The position numbers were made by a program, and so were the translations under genes. DNA of 63,519 nucleotides, counting the filler, from Chiloscyllium plagiosum (lineage: Eukaryota): assembly GCF_004010195.1 (NCBI RefSeq). It is 4 parts of one record of this genome, joined end to end, with 100 filler letters (N's around TTAATTAATTAA, not from the genome) between each part and the next. Parts side by side here need not be neighbours in the genome. Positions count along the whole stretch, not along the records: positions 39,895 to 56,377 come from NC_057710.1; positions 56,478 to 63,519 come from NC_057710.1; 2 more parts are not named here. One strand, given 5' to 3'. Positions within the stretch are counted from its first letter, which is position 1, and each line of letters opens with the position of its first letter. Under the pieces are notes generated by a model. That model had not been told where the DNA came from. It was given only the letters and a program-made list of their open reading frames with translations, and made no database searches. Of this stretch, positions 50,448-62,862 are shown piece by piece.

Positions 50448-53400
50448 TGTTATGGGCCAGGTCTGACCCCTCAAAACATTCTTTTGCAGGTAGTCCAGTA
50501 ACTGTAACTTTGCTATTTGTTTTTGGTAAATGTACTGTGGATATTTCCGGAGTGAATCAGCTGGTCCGACTGCTAAGTTTTAAACAAACAGAATTTATTT
50601 ACAAAATTACGGAATGAAACACAAAGAACAGAAAAAAAGGAATACTGGATAACCTATCCTACCCAAACCCGACAGACTATCCCGACTTCAAAGATACTGC
50701 CAACAATCCCCATGAACAGATCCTTAGCACAGAGATTAAAAAATGACACCAAAGGCTGACAGGCTGCAAGTCAGCAGCCTTTTACTCACAATCCCTGCTG
50801 CAACCAACTCTAATCTAAACGAAGGTGCACTATACAGCTAGCTGGCCACTCCCCTTTCATTATACCTTTTTGTTTATGACATGGAAGGCTTAGGCCGGAG
50901 GCATCATCTGTTAGGGGTAAACAGCAAGGACCCCAATAAACCTTTCAAGTTGGAGCCTCGCGTCGTTTCGAACCTCTCTGAAAAAAGCCAAGGATGATCT
51001 AACCTTGTCAAAGGAACAGGTTCGTCCTCCCCACCTTAAACAAAATGAGCCATCAATATCCAAGGTGCCTTCATTTTTAATGCTCTCAAGAAACATTTGG
51101 TTAGTTCCCTAACACACACATATACATTCACTGACTATAAACATGCGTGACTGCTTTTGTGGTTCTCCCACCACCGAATGCATCCACCTCCCGTTCGAGT
51201 CTCGATAATGCATCGGCGATCATGTTTTCTCAACCTGCCACATGCACAATTGTGAACTTGAACGGCTGTAACAACAGGCTCTATCTAAACAGTCTGGCAT
51301 TTTTGTCGTTAAAGTTCTCCACAAATGTGAATGGATTATGATCAGTGTATACGATTGCCTCAGATGCGTTGTGGTAATATAAACACTGAAATGTTGTCAT
51401 GCCAACACCAAGCTCAAAGTCTCTTTCTCAAACTGTCGAATATTTCTGTTGATGAACATTCAACTTCCTGGAGAAATACCCACTGGGTTTTTCTATCCTC
51501 TCATCATCCTCCTGCAGGAGCACCACACTGACACCCACATCACTGGCATTAATAGTCACATTGAAAGGCTTCGTGGAATCCGGTGTGTAATACTGGGGCA
51601 GTGGTTAACACAGTTTTTTGGCTGTCAAGTGCCTTTTGACAGTCCGCTGTCCACTGAAACTTCTTGCCCTTTTTAAAGAATTCAGTGAATGGAGCACCCA
51701 TACTGCTAAAGTTCGGCACAAACTTTCGGTAAAATCCACTCAATCCCAGGAACTGCAGCACTGCTCTCTTCATCGACGGAGTGGATAATTCCCCAATTAC
51801 TTTCATTTTCGCATCCCATGGGGCCATTTCTCCCTGTCCAATAGCATGGCCCAGGAAGGTGACTTGGGCTTTGACAAATTCCCTTTTAGCTAGGTTTACC
51901 ACCACGCCTGCCTTCAGAAGTCAATCGAACAGGCCCAATAAATACTGTAAATGTTCCTTCCCTGAGTGACTATAAATCACCAGGTCATCAATGGGAACAA
52001 CACAATTGGGTAACCCAGCAATGACCTTATTAGTCAGTCCCTTAAATGTGGCTGGAGCATTTTTCATATCAAACGGCAAGACTTTAAATTGATACAATCC
52101 ATTTGGCGTTATAAAGCTGAAATTGCCTTTGCTCTTTCTGAGAGCTCTTTCAGTAGCCTCTGAGCAAGTCCAAGTTAGAAATGTAAGTTGCTTGTCCCAC
52201 CTTTCCAACACAATCTTCCAACCGTGGAATTGAATATGCATCAGTCTTTGTAACAGCATTGACTTTGCATTAGTCCAAACATAACCATTCGGTACCATCT
52301 GGCTTTGGCACCATGACTATGGGTGAGCTCCAATCACTGTATTATGCCATCTTGGAGCATGCGCTCTATCCCCTTCTGAACCTGTGCCAACTTTAGAGGG
52401 TATGGCTTCAAGGATGTTGCTTAATCAGAATAGAATCACTTATATCTACACCATGCACAATTAGGTTAGTACTTCCCAGCTTATTTCTGCATATCTTCCC
52501 ATGTGATAGTAATAACTCTTTCAGATCATTTTGATTTTTCTCAGGAAGGTAACTCAATAATTTATCACAATTTTTGACGGCTTCCTCATTGTCCAGTTTG
52601 ATTTGAGGAATCTCCAATTCAGAATCCCCTGAACTTTGTTCTTCCCTCTGTGCTGTAATCATTAACCCCTTCTCCTCTTGCTTCCTTTCCTGTCAAAATA
52701 CCTTTCAAGCATAGTCACATGACACACTCTTTCTGCCTGGAGTCCCTATCAAGTAGTTCACCTCACTCAATTTCCTTTTGATTTGATAAGGTCCACTAAA
52801 CCTTGTTTTCAAAGGTTCACCTATTACTGGAAGCAACACTAACACCTTATCCTCAATTGTAAAATTGTGAATTTTTGATTTCTTATCCAGTTCCTGTTTT
52901 ATTGTATGTTGCGATACTTTTAAGTGCTGTCTAGCCAACTCCCCAGCTGTATTTAATTGTTCCCTAAAATTTGACACACAGTCCAAATGGGTGGTCTCTG
53001 AATTCTAACTTATTAATTTCTCCTTAATCAATTTTAACGGTCCTTTTACTTCATGCCTAAAATTAATTCAAATGGACTGAATTTGGTTAATTCATTCGGT
53101 GTATCTCTGATCGCAAAAAGTACAAACAGCACTCCGTTATTCCAACATCGGGATAATCTTGACCATAAGCCCTCAACATGGCCTTTAATGTTTGATGCCA
53201 CCTTGTTAGCGTTCCCTGTGGTTCTGGATGGTACGCAGTAGATTTGAATTGTTTTATTCCTAAACTGTCCATAATTTCCTTGAATAATTTTGATGTGAAG
53301 TTTGATCCTTGATCTGACTGGCTCTGTGTTGATAGTTGGTATTGAGCAAAAGATTTGATTAATTCCTCAACAATCCTTTTTGTTGTGATGTTGCATAATG

Positions 53401-55545
53401 GGATTGCCTCTGGAAATCTAGTTGGTACATCCATTATTGTGAACAACTACTGATTCCCATTTTTTGTTTGAGGTAGGGAATCGAGGAAATCAATCAAGAC
53501 TCGTGTGAAAGGTTCCTCAAATGCTGGAATAGGTATTAAAGGTGCAGGTTTTATTACTGCCTGGGGTTTTCCGACATGTGTGACACATCTGGCAAAATTC
53601 AACTACATCCTTGTGTAGGCCAGGCCAGTAAAAATGTCTTTGTATTTTAGCCTGTGTTTTCCTCACCACTAAATGACCTCCAAGTGTTGGATCATGTGGA
53701 ACTCACAACACCTCCCTCCTATACTCCATTGGCAAAACAACTTGATGAATTTCTGCCCATTTCTCATCTGTTTGAATATATGATGGTCTCCATTTCCTCA
53801 TTAAGACATCATCTTTCAGTTAATATATTCAGATTCTGTCCCTGTGTATGCCTTTTGATACAACTGCTTTAAATTTTCATCTTTCTGCTGTAACTCAATG
53901 AGTTTTGCAGAGCTAAAGATATTTCCATGATTATCTATTTGCTCCTGTTTTGTATCAGCCATCTGATCGAACATAGTCTCTGCTAATGCCACTTCATTTT
54001 CCTTATCTGTAGCCTTGGATCTCTCCTCCTTCACCTGGTGACTTTGTGACATCGTTACTACCCAATCTGGGAAAATTCCTGGATAAACACCCTTCATTGC
54101 TTCAGTTGCCTGCATCTCCACTGGCTTTTCAACTAGAATAGGCAGCACGCCTACTGGTGAATTAGTGATATCATTTGCAAGGACATCTTGAATTCCTGGA
54201 GCTGAAAGTTTGTCTAGTACTCCTACCACAAATTATCCACTCTTCTCTGGACTCTCTAGCCTCACTTTACATAATTGAGTGCTTTTTTGTCTCACCATGA
54301 GTTCCTGTTACCAGTACCTTTACTGGCAATAGTCCCTCAGGAGTACATATCTCCTCATCCTTCAGCATCACAGACTGAGGGGATCCTGTGTCCCTATTGT
54401 AACCTCTTTAACCGCTGCTCCTGGCTGGTGTGAATAAACTTTACCTTTGCAGATATATTTTCTCAGCAGATCCAGCACTTCCTCCTTAACCTACCTCCAA
54501 TCAGCTTGTACACTCTGAGGCAGCTTTCTAGCTTCCACTGTCATCTCTGTTACCATTCCAACAAAACTTCCAGGCTTAACCTTTTTCTCCCACACCTGGC
54601 TTTCTCCTGGCCCATCAACACTGTGAGTTCGTGTGGCCCACTGTATTACAATAAAAACACTGGAGCTTTTTAACTTCGTTGTCCCCTTCAAGGGTTTCTT
54701 TTTCACCCTGTGCTCAGTTATCCTTATGATCTTCACCGAGATCTACCTTTCCCTTTCCACGTGAGGATTTCTCTTTGCCCCAAATTTCTATCCCTCATGG
54801 ACTGAAATTGGAAGCCAGACCGAGTTTTATGGACCAGCTCATAATCATCAGCCACTTCAGCTGCTCACCTTGTCATCTTAATTCTCTGTACTTCCACACG
54901 AGTTCGCATTACCTCAGGCTGTGAATTTTTGAATTCTCCAAAACAATTGTCTCCCTAAGAGCATCGTAGGTTTGCTCCATTTTTAAAGCTCTTATCCATC
55001 TATCAAAATTACTTCGTTTGATCCTTTCAAACTCAACGTAGGTTTGACCAGGGTCCCTCCTTAGATTCCTGAAACGTTGTCTGCTGGTTTCTGGTACAAG
55101 CTCATATAGACTTAAAATGGCTTTTCTCACCTCCTCATACACCTCTGATATGGATGCGAATACCTCACTCGCTCTCCTTTCAAGGTTGGTTTGGATCAAC
55201 AAAACCCACTTGGTCACTGCATTCGTTTAGCCGTCATTTCAAACGAGATGAAAAAGGCTTCCACATCCTTCTCGTAAAATTGAGGCAATGCTTGAACTGA
55301 CAAACAATTTCTCACCAGGTTTCTGCCAACCAGGGGCTTGCTCATCCTCACTTTTTTCCTCACTAAGCCTTCCCTCAGCATTTATCTCCAGCCTTTTAAG
55401 CTGACTATCCTTTCTCAGTGCCACTTTCTGAAGTTCAAATTCTTCACACTTTTTCTTTCTCTTCTGCTTTTAACCGGAACTCAAACTGTTTCATTTCTGC
55501 TTCAAACTCAAGTTCCTTCATTTACAATTGAAGTTTAGTTACCTC
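50448..55545 (-). mobile_element. Gmr1-like Gypsy LTR retrotransposon (gag-PR-INT-RT-RH), degenerate, only the 3' LTR retained
   Basis: Minus order: gag 'YELVPE..RQRFR' (~55100), CFYCNTVGHTNSQC knuckle (~54618-54659), DTGS protease (~54385), integrase 'SDQGSNF...AYHPE.QG' (53087-53446) and GPY motif, RT 'PF.MKNAPATF...IDD' (51921-52298), RNase H (~51300-51560), purine tract ~51026-51040, LTR 50448-~51025. Confidence 0.9.
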
Positions 55546-55573
55546 GATAACCACCAGTTTCACATCGGAACTG

Positions 55574-56377
55574 GTGGTCAATGAGTTGAAAATCATAGAG
55601 GAACGTGACAGACACATGGAAGTACTCAAGGATGCCCTCATAAGAACAGGGTACGCTGCTCAACTCATTGACCACCAGTTCCGATGTGCCACAGCAAGAA
55701 ACCGTAATGACCTCCTCAGGAGACAGACACGTGCTGCAACTGACAGGGTACCCTTCATTGTTCAGTATTTCCCAGGAGTTGAAAAACTACGCCATGTTCT
55801 GCGTGACCTGCAACACATTATCAATGAGGATGAGCACCTCACCAAGAGCTTCCCCACACCTCCACTGCTCACCTTTCAACAACCGCCAAACCTCAAACAG
55901 ATCATTGCTCGTAGCAAACTGCCCGGCTCTCAGGACGACATCGACTACAACACCATACAACCCTGTCATGGCAACCACTGCAGGACGTGTCAGAGCGTAG
56001 ACATGGATACCACCATTACATGCGGGGACATCTCCCACCATGTACATGGCAGGTACTCATGTGACTCAGCCAACGTTGTCTATCTTATACGTTGCAGGCA
56101 AGGATGCCCTGAGGGATGGTACATTGGGGAAACCGAGCAAAGGCTACGACAATGGATGAATGGGCACCGCACCACAATCAACAGACAGGAGGTTTCCCTC
56201 CCAGTTGGGGAACACTTCAGTGGTCCGGGACATTGGACCACAGACCTTTGGGTGACCGTCCTCCAAGGCAGACTTCGGGACAGGCAACAACGCAAAGTGG
56301 CTGAGCAGAGGCTGATAGCCAAGTTCGGTACCCATGGCAATGGCCTTAACCAGGACCTTGGGTTCATGTCACACTAC
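55574..56377 (+). mobile_element. Penelope-like ORF 3' part (RT thumb and GIY-YIG endonuclease), uninterrupted
   Basis: 'QPPNLKQII', 'PCHGNHCRTC', 'CDSANVVYLIRC...WYIGETEQRLRQWMNGH'. Confidence 0.92.
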
Positions 56378-56477
56378 NNNNNNNNNNNNNNNNNNNNNNN
56401 NNNNNNNNNNNNNNNNNNNNNTTAATTAATTAANNNNNNNNNNNNNNNNNNNNNNNNNNNNNNNNNNNNNNNNNNNN

Positions 56478-57035
56478 CGAACTGGCAGTGTCATCAGTCT
56501 CTACTGTTTCCAAAAGCTTCAACTTGTTCCTGACAGGTACTTCCCCCGGAGTCTCTTGCACCTGTCTCCTCTCCGCCTTCCTCATCATCTGCTCTCTTCT
56601 GGCATGATTGGTGTAATAACCTCGCTGAAGGTCTTGTCCAGAAAGATCTCGTTCTCTCGGAATGAGCCTAAGGTCCTCGAGTTCTTTCATCAGCGCTGCA
56701 ATATGCTCGGTCAATAGCTGAATGTGCACACACTTTCCAAACATATACGAGCCAGACACACCAGAGTCGTTGACCTCCCACATCAAGCACGTAGCGCACT
56801 GAACCAGCTTGGCAGTCATGTCTTCACCCTCAACTGTGGCGTAATCACTTCACTCAACCTCCTTGTCAAAGACTCCTGAGCTGAAGCCTCACTCTTTGAT
56901 CCAAACTTCCTTGGACCCTCTTTTTGTGGCAAGTCTGTGGACTCTTAATTTAGGTTAGAGGAGGAGGGAGGGAGGGAGACCCTACTTTGTAGGACCTGGG
57001 GTTTAGAACACACCCACTTTAATAGCAATCACTTA
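56478..57035 (-). mobile_element. CR1 5' end: 5' UTR and ORF1 N-terminus
   Basis: 'MTAKLVQCATCLMWEV...KC.HIQLL..HI..L.KELEDLRLI', Cys motif plus leucine zipper typical of CR1 ORF1. Confidence 0.75.
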
Positions 57036-57211
57036 CATATTATTTTGCATATTATTATTTTACATATTATGGAGTACCTGGGATGTCTATTGGATCAGTG
57101 CTAATAATGTTTTGTACATTTCTTTCTGGAGGAAGTTGATTTTTTTTTAAAGATTAGATTCCCTACAGTGTGGAAACAATTCCTTCAGCCCAATCAGTCC
57201 AAACCGACCCT

Positions 57212-57373
57212 CCGAAGAGTAAGCCCCCCCAGACCCATTTCCCTCTGACTAATGCACCTAACACTATGGGCAATTTAGCACGGTCAATTCACCTGACCTG
57301 CACATCTTTGGACTGTGGGAGGAAACGCACGCAGACATAGGGAGAATGTGCAAACTACACACAGACAGACGCC
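57212..57373 (-). mobile_element. 5'-truncated HE1-like SINE
   Basis: Tail and part of the V-like domain only. Confidence 0.8.
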
Positions 57374-58467
57374 TTCTGCTTTATGTGGAAAAGATGATCA
57401 TTTTTTGCGCTTGCATTTAAACAAAACTTAAATACTCTGTAACTTTAAAAAATGCATATGTTCTTTTCATTATTAATGCAAAACAAATTTCCTTATTACA
57501 TCTGGTCAACCCATTATAAAAGAGTGATTGATTAAAAACTAGCACTGCTTAATTTTGGTCATCTTTTGGTTTTCTAACAAAAGATACTTCAACTCCTTCC
57601 ATTGTTTAAAAGATTTAGTTTTACAGATCAGGAAGGTTTCAGACTCACATAACTCTGTATTCCTTGAATTAATCTACCTCAGCCAGGATGATGACAGAGA
57701 CTGGTCTCCAGGTACTTGAGTTAACGAGGAGGAATAAGGCACTTCCCTGCTGCCAAACACTTAATCAGCCCTTTGGCAGTCAAATATACTTTAATGTCAC
57801 TATGAACTTTTATACATGAATAATGGACAGCCGGGGAATTATACAGTCATAGAAATTACACCACAGAGCAGCTATTTGACACCATGCTAATAATGGAGGT
57901 CACAAGATAACTAGTTAAATAAATGGTTATATTTTGTGAACAGTGAGGTAACTGAAACTTGTGGGTGTGCATAGAATATCATAATGCTTGTTTTCGATTT
58001 GATTTTGAACTTAGAATTTTAAAATGCCCTGAAAATATAGCCTAAATCTCAGCACTAATATAGAATCCATTGCTTTAACATTTAGCTGACTGAAAGGGAC
58101 AACTTTTGTTGCCTAAACCGTGTACAATGTTGCAACTGCAGCACCTTTTAATACTTCTGAAGCACGTGCTAAATCCATGTGTTTTGCACATTACCTTCTG
58201 AAAGAATGTCACGCATACTGTGAATGTACTTTTTATACCAACTGACCCATAATAGTTTAGCTTTGAAGTAGCAGCTTGTAATACATGTAAAACATTGACA
58301 TACGCCTTTCTGGATTGCAATTAAATGCTCAATTCCTTGACGTTTAACTATTACAACACTTTAAAACCAGAATACATCAAACATGCAGCAAAGCTTTGAT
58401 CTCACTTCCACAAAACAGTAGATGGAGCCAATAGTGTGAATCATGCTGTTGTTTTCTTCTTCAGTAT

Positions 58468-59640
58468 CATAAGACCCTAAGACATAGGAGCAGAAATTAG
58501 GCCATTCAGCCCATCAAGTCTGCTCCACCACCCAATCATGGCTGCTACGTTTCTCAACCCCATTCTCCAGCTTTCTCCGCATAACCCTTGATCCCCTTGA
58601 TACTCAAGAACCTATCCACTTCAGTCTTAAATATACTCGATGACCTGGCCTCCACAGCCTTCTGTGGCAATGAATTCCATAGATTCATCACTCTTTGGCT
58701 GAAGAAGTTTCTCCTAATCTCCGTTTGAAAATCTCCATTTACTCTCAGGCTGTGCCCTTGGGTATTAGTCTCTCCTACCAATGGAAACATCTTCCCAACA
58801 TCCATGCTGTCCAGGCCATTCAGTATTCTCTATGTTTCAATTAGATTCCTCCTCATCCTTGTACACTCCACGAAATACAGACCCAGAGTTCTCAAATGTT
58901 TTTCATATGTTAAGCTTTTCATTCCTGGGACCATTCTCGTGAACCTCCTCTGAACACCCTCCAAGGCCAGTGAGATATGGAGTCCAAAACTGTGCACAAT
59001 ACAAGTATGGTCTGACCAGAGCCTTATAAAGCCTCAGAAGTACATCCCTGCTTTTATATTTATGTCCTCTCAAAATAAATGCCAACATTGCATTTGCCTT
59101 CCTAACTACTGACTCAATTTGCAAGTTTACTTTGAGAGAATCCTGGACTAGAACTCCCATGTCTCTTTGCACTTCAGACTTCTGAATTTTCTCCCCATTT
59201 AGAAAACAGTCCATGCCTCTATTCTTCTTACCAAAATACATGACCTCACACTTTCCCAGTTTGTACTCCATTTGCCACTTCTTTGCCTACTCTCTTAACC
59301 TGTCCAAATCCTTCTGCAGCCTGCCCACCTTCTCAATGCTATCTGTCCCTCTACCTGTGTTTGTATCATCCGCAAATTTAGCCAGAATGCCCTCAGTTCC
59401 TTCATGTAGATCGTTAATGTATAAAACAAAAAGTTGTGGTCCCAACAATGAGCCTTATGGAACACCAATTGTTACCGGCTGCCATCCTGAGACAAACAGT
59501 TTATCCCCACTCTCTGCTTTCTGCCAGACAGCCGAGCTTCTGTCCATGCTAGCACCTTACCTCTAATACCATAGGCCCTTATCTTACTCAGTAACCTCCT
59601 TGCGGCACCTTGTCAAAGGCCTTTTGAAGTCCAGTACAAT
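58468..59640 (-). mobile_element. CR1 ORF2 3' part
   Basis: 'QKAFDKVP', FADDT, 'LYKALVRP', 'RRNFFSQRVMNLWNSLP'. Confidence 0.9.
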
Positions 59641-60328
59641 GCACTGGGTCATAATCTTGACAATTTAAGCTGTGGAATTTTTGGATACATGTAAATTGCT
59701 TTTTCCATTCAATAATAGATAGGTAATGGAATATTTCTCCCATATTCTCCCCAAGGTGACAAGTAGACAATCTACTTTTGTATCTGCTAATAATTCTACT
59801 CTCCAATTTACCGATAAAAGCTACATGGAAGCAATAGAATCGAGCCCCATTCAAAAAACCACTCCAATCTTTATCATCACTAGTTATTTGTCATTTCTAT
59901 GTTCTGCTGCGAGCAGTTACTCATTTCGCAAAGTTATTAGATCGATGCCATGAAATCTATTCAGTGTGGCCCAGTATGACTTCAGCAAACACAAAACTGG
60001 TGGCACTCCAATCAGTATAATTTTTATTTTATTTATTTCGACAAACTTCATTCTCAATAAATTTCTAACATGGTCTTTCAGGTTGTGAGAGGCCTAGTGA
60101 ACTGAACATCAATCCCACATTCCGACCAAAACCAAACAGTGGCAAAAATTGATGTCATGAAGTCCATTTTTATCATACACTTCTTACAAAATTGCTCAGT
60201 GTCTTTGTGATATTGTAAAGGAGTTGGTGCTCTGATTTATTAATCAAAGTGCAAAACGAATGAAATCCGATTTTGCCTTTTTTTCTGGAAAATGTTTGCT
60301 TATAGCATGTTTGCGACATCTTTAAGGA

Positions 60329-60485
60329 GCTGAAAATGTGTTGCTGGAAAAGCGCAGCAGGTCAGCCAGCATCCAAGGAACAGGAGAATCGACGTTTCGG
60401 GCATAAGCCCTTCTTCAGGAACACATTTTCCAGGAACACATTTTCAGCTCTGATCTCCAACATCTGCAGCCCTCACTTTCTCTCG
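60329..60485. mobile_element. Short PLE-derived insertion with intact minus-strand hammerhead core and 14-bp TSD
   Basis: gacatctttaagga at 60315-60328 and 60486-60499; minus 60389-60420 tcCTGAAGAaGGGCttatGCCCGAAACGTCga. Confidence 0.9.
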
Positions 60486-60597
60486 GACATCTTTAAGGAT
60501 ACAACATTTCTGGTGCTCCCTGATTACTGGCCTGTAACACAGCTAAGTGAACACCTAAATTAATGATTTTGTCACTGACCCAGTACTGCATCACTGT

Positions 60598-60916
60598 GGG
60601 CGGCACGGTGGCACAGTGGTTAGCACTGCTGCCTCACAGCACCAGAGACCCGGGTTCAATTCCCGTCTCAGGCGACTGACTGTGTGGAGTTTGCACGTTC
60701 TCCCAGTGTCTGCGTGGGTTTCCTCCGGGTGCTCCGGTTTCCTCCCACAGTCCAAAGATGTGCAGGTCAGGTGAATTGGCCATGCTAAATTGTCCGTAGT
60801 ATTAGGTAAGGGGTAAATGTAGGGGTAGGGGTGGGTTACGCTTCGGCGGGTCGGTGTGGACCTGTTGGGCCGAAGGGCCTGTTTCCACACTGTAAAGTAA
60901 TCTAATCTAATCTAAT
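60598..60916 (+). mobile_element. HE1-like SINE, young full-length copy
   Basis: As the 45581 copy. Confidence 0.9.
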
Positions 60917-62447
60917 TTGAAATAGATGTCACAGTAGCTTTCCATCATTATCTAACATATGAGGTTGATTTTAATGCATGCGAAGCTCCAATCCTGGAAT
61001 CATCAAAATCAGGTGCAAACTTGCTTTGTTGGACACTGTTAAATTCTGGCAATGATCCATTTTACACCAAGGCTTATGAATGATTCCATTTGAATGTCTA
61101 AAGGTTCAGGGAAAATTGCCATTCCATTTTACGCTGCTGGTGAGTTAGCTACAAGGGTGGATCTTCAATAACAATGCGCAATAAATGGAAGCTTAGCCAG
61201 TGACATACATGTTTCAATGACAAAAATGAAAAATAAATCCTTCCACGGCTCCTACACTTGCTCACTATAAACTGTAGAACCAATAAGCCACAGTAGAATA
61301 ATAATGTCTTAAAATGCAAGAAAACACATATTTCCTTTGAAAAAAATCTGCTACTCTTACAATTCTATATAAGTATTAATCTGACAGATCCATTATAATA
61401 GCAATAAAAAAAACTTTGTTTCACTTCAGACTTCTTGATATTTACCAAACAGACAAACAGACATGGAAAGAAAGATTTCAATGAAATAATAACCTACTGT
61501 TATAATGAAGTAATCTAGGAACTATATCAACAGGCAACCGTTTCTCCAAAACTATGGCAAGTCTTCTAATTAAAAGCCCTTTAAAAAAAAGTCAGTCATC
61601 TACTTTGAATGAAAAGCCCTGCTGCTCTTGCAACCCTAAAACAATGCCAATTAGACACAGGCTAGATTACTGGGGAAACAGCTGTCTGATGATTGAGACA
61701 TAAATGTAGAGAATATGCGTCAATGCACTGAACAACTTATTTCCATGTTATAATCTTTTATGTAAACCTTTGCCTCCCTCATTGTCTCACACAGTACTTC
61801 ACTCCAGTTGTCAAGGCTTCCATGACTGCAGCTGCATCTACAATGTAACTATAATTTCAACTAAATGTAATATATCAGCACTATTAATCATATTTAAATC
61901 TGGCATCTCAAGATAACTGTCTAATTGGTCTCTCAGGAAAACAATTTTCGGTTTATCTGTGAAAATTATTTGTAAAAGTAAATTTTTTTAACAGTCTGTT
62001 GCTATGAAAGATTTCACTTATTCCACTCCCATTGACAATTACAAGTTGTTAGGCAAACAACAGGCAAAACTGTCACTTTCTTATGTAGCACCCACTCAGT
62101 TTAGAAAGTGCAGTTATTTATAGAAACAAGAAACAAGGACAAAAGATCCAATAGTGGCAATTTCTTGACTGCATGCCAATCCTGTGATAGATCCAAGGGC
62201 AAACATTTAAACTACAGTACAACAGAGAAGCAAATACCTCCACTGAATAGATTTCCAGGCCTCTGGTACAACATCATTGCTAGTTATCATGAGTGATGTG
62301 CTGTTTGCAACAACTGGCTGCAAAACATCAACTCCACGTATTCTCCTTCATTCAGGACTGAAAGTTGTGCAATTTTGAAGAAGCATGATACATATGTTAA
62401 AAATCCATCAACACCAGGTTATAGTCCAATAGGTTTAATTGGAAGCA

Positions 62448-62482
62448 CACTAGCTTTCGGAGCGACGCTCCTTCATCAGGTG
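62448..62482 (-). ncRNA. Minimal hammerhead ribozyme, family C, intact core (in pLTR ~62398-62525)
   Basis: cac-CTGATGA-a-GGAGC-gtc-GCTCC-GAAAG-CTA-gtg. Confidence 0.8.
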
Positions 62483-62862
62483 ATAGTGGAGGGCTCAATC
62501 CTAACACACAGAATTTATAGCAAAATACATGTGCATAGATTGTGTAAAAAAAAATTATGTAACTGTGGGAAAAGATTTGTTAACCCACAATAGGCCTACA
62601 AAAGCAAATTGGCCAAATTGTACTAGGACACCCAGAACTCCCGAATAGCTCACAAACTGGGTCAGACGATACGCAGCCAATGGAATACGCTTTCAAACTC
62701 CCATGGACATGACAGAGGCTCAAAGCCCTCAGGGCAGTTTCACAACCCAGCAGCAGCAAAGCCACACAGAATGGGACAGACAGATAGGCACCACAGGACA
62801 ATAGAAGCAACTCACCACTCCAGAAAAGACCTACCTGGGAAGGTGAATGGAACCATGATACT

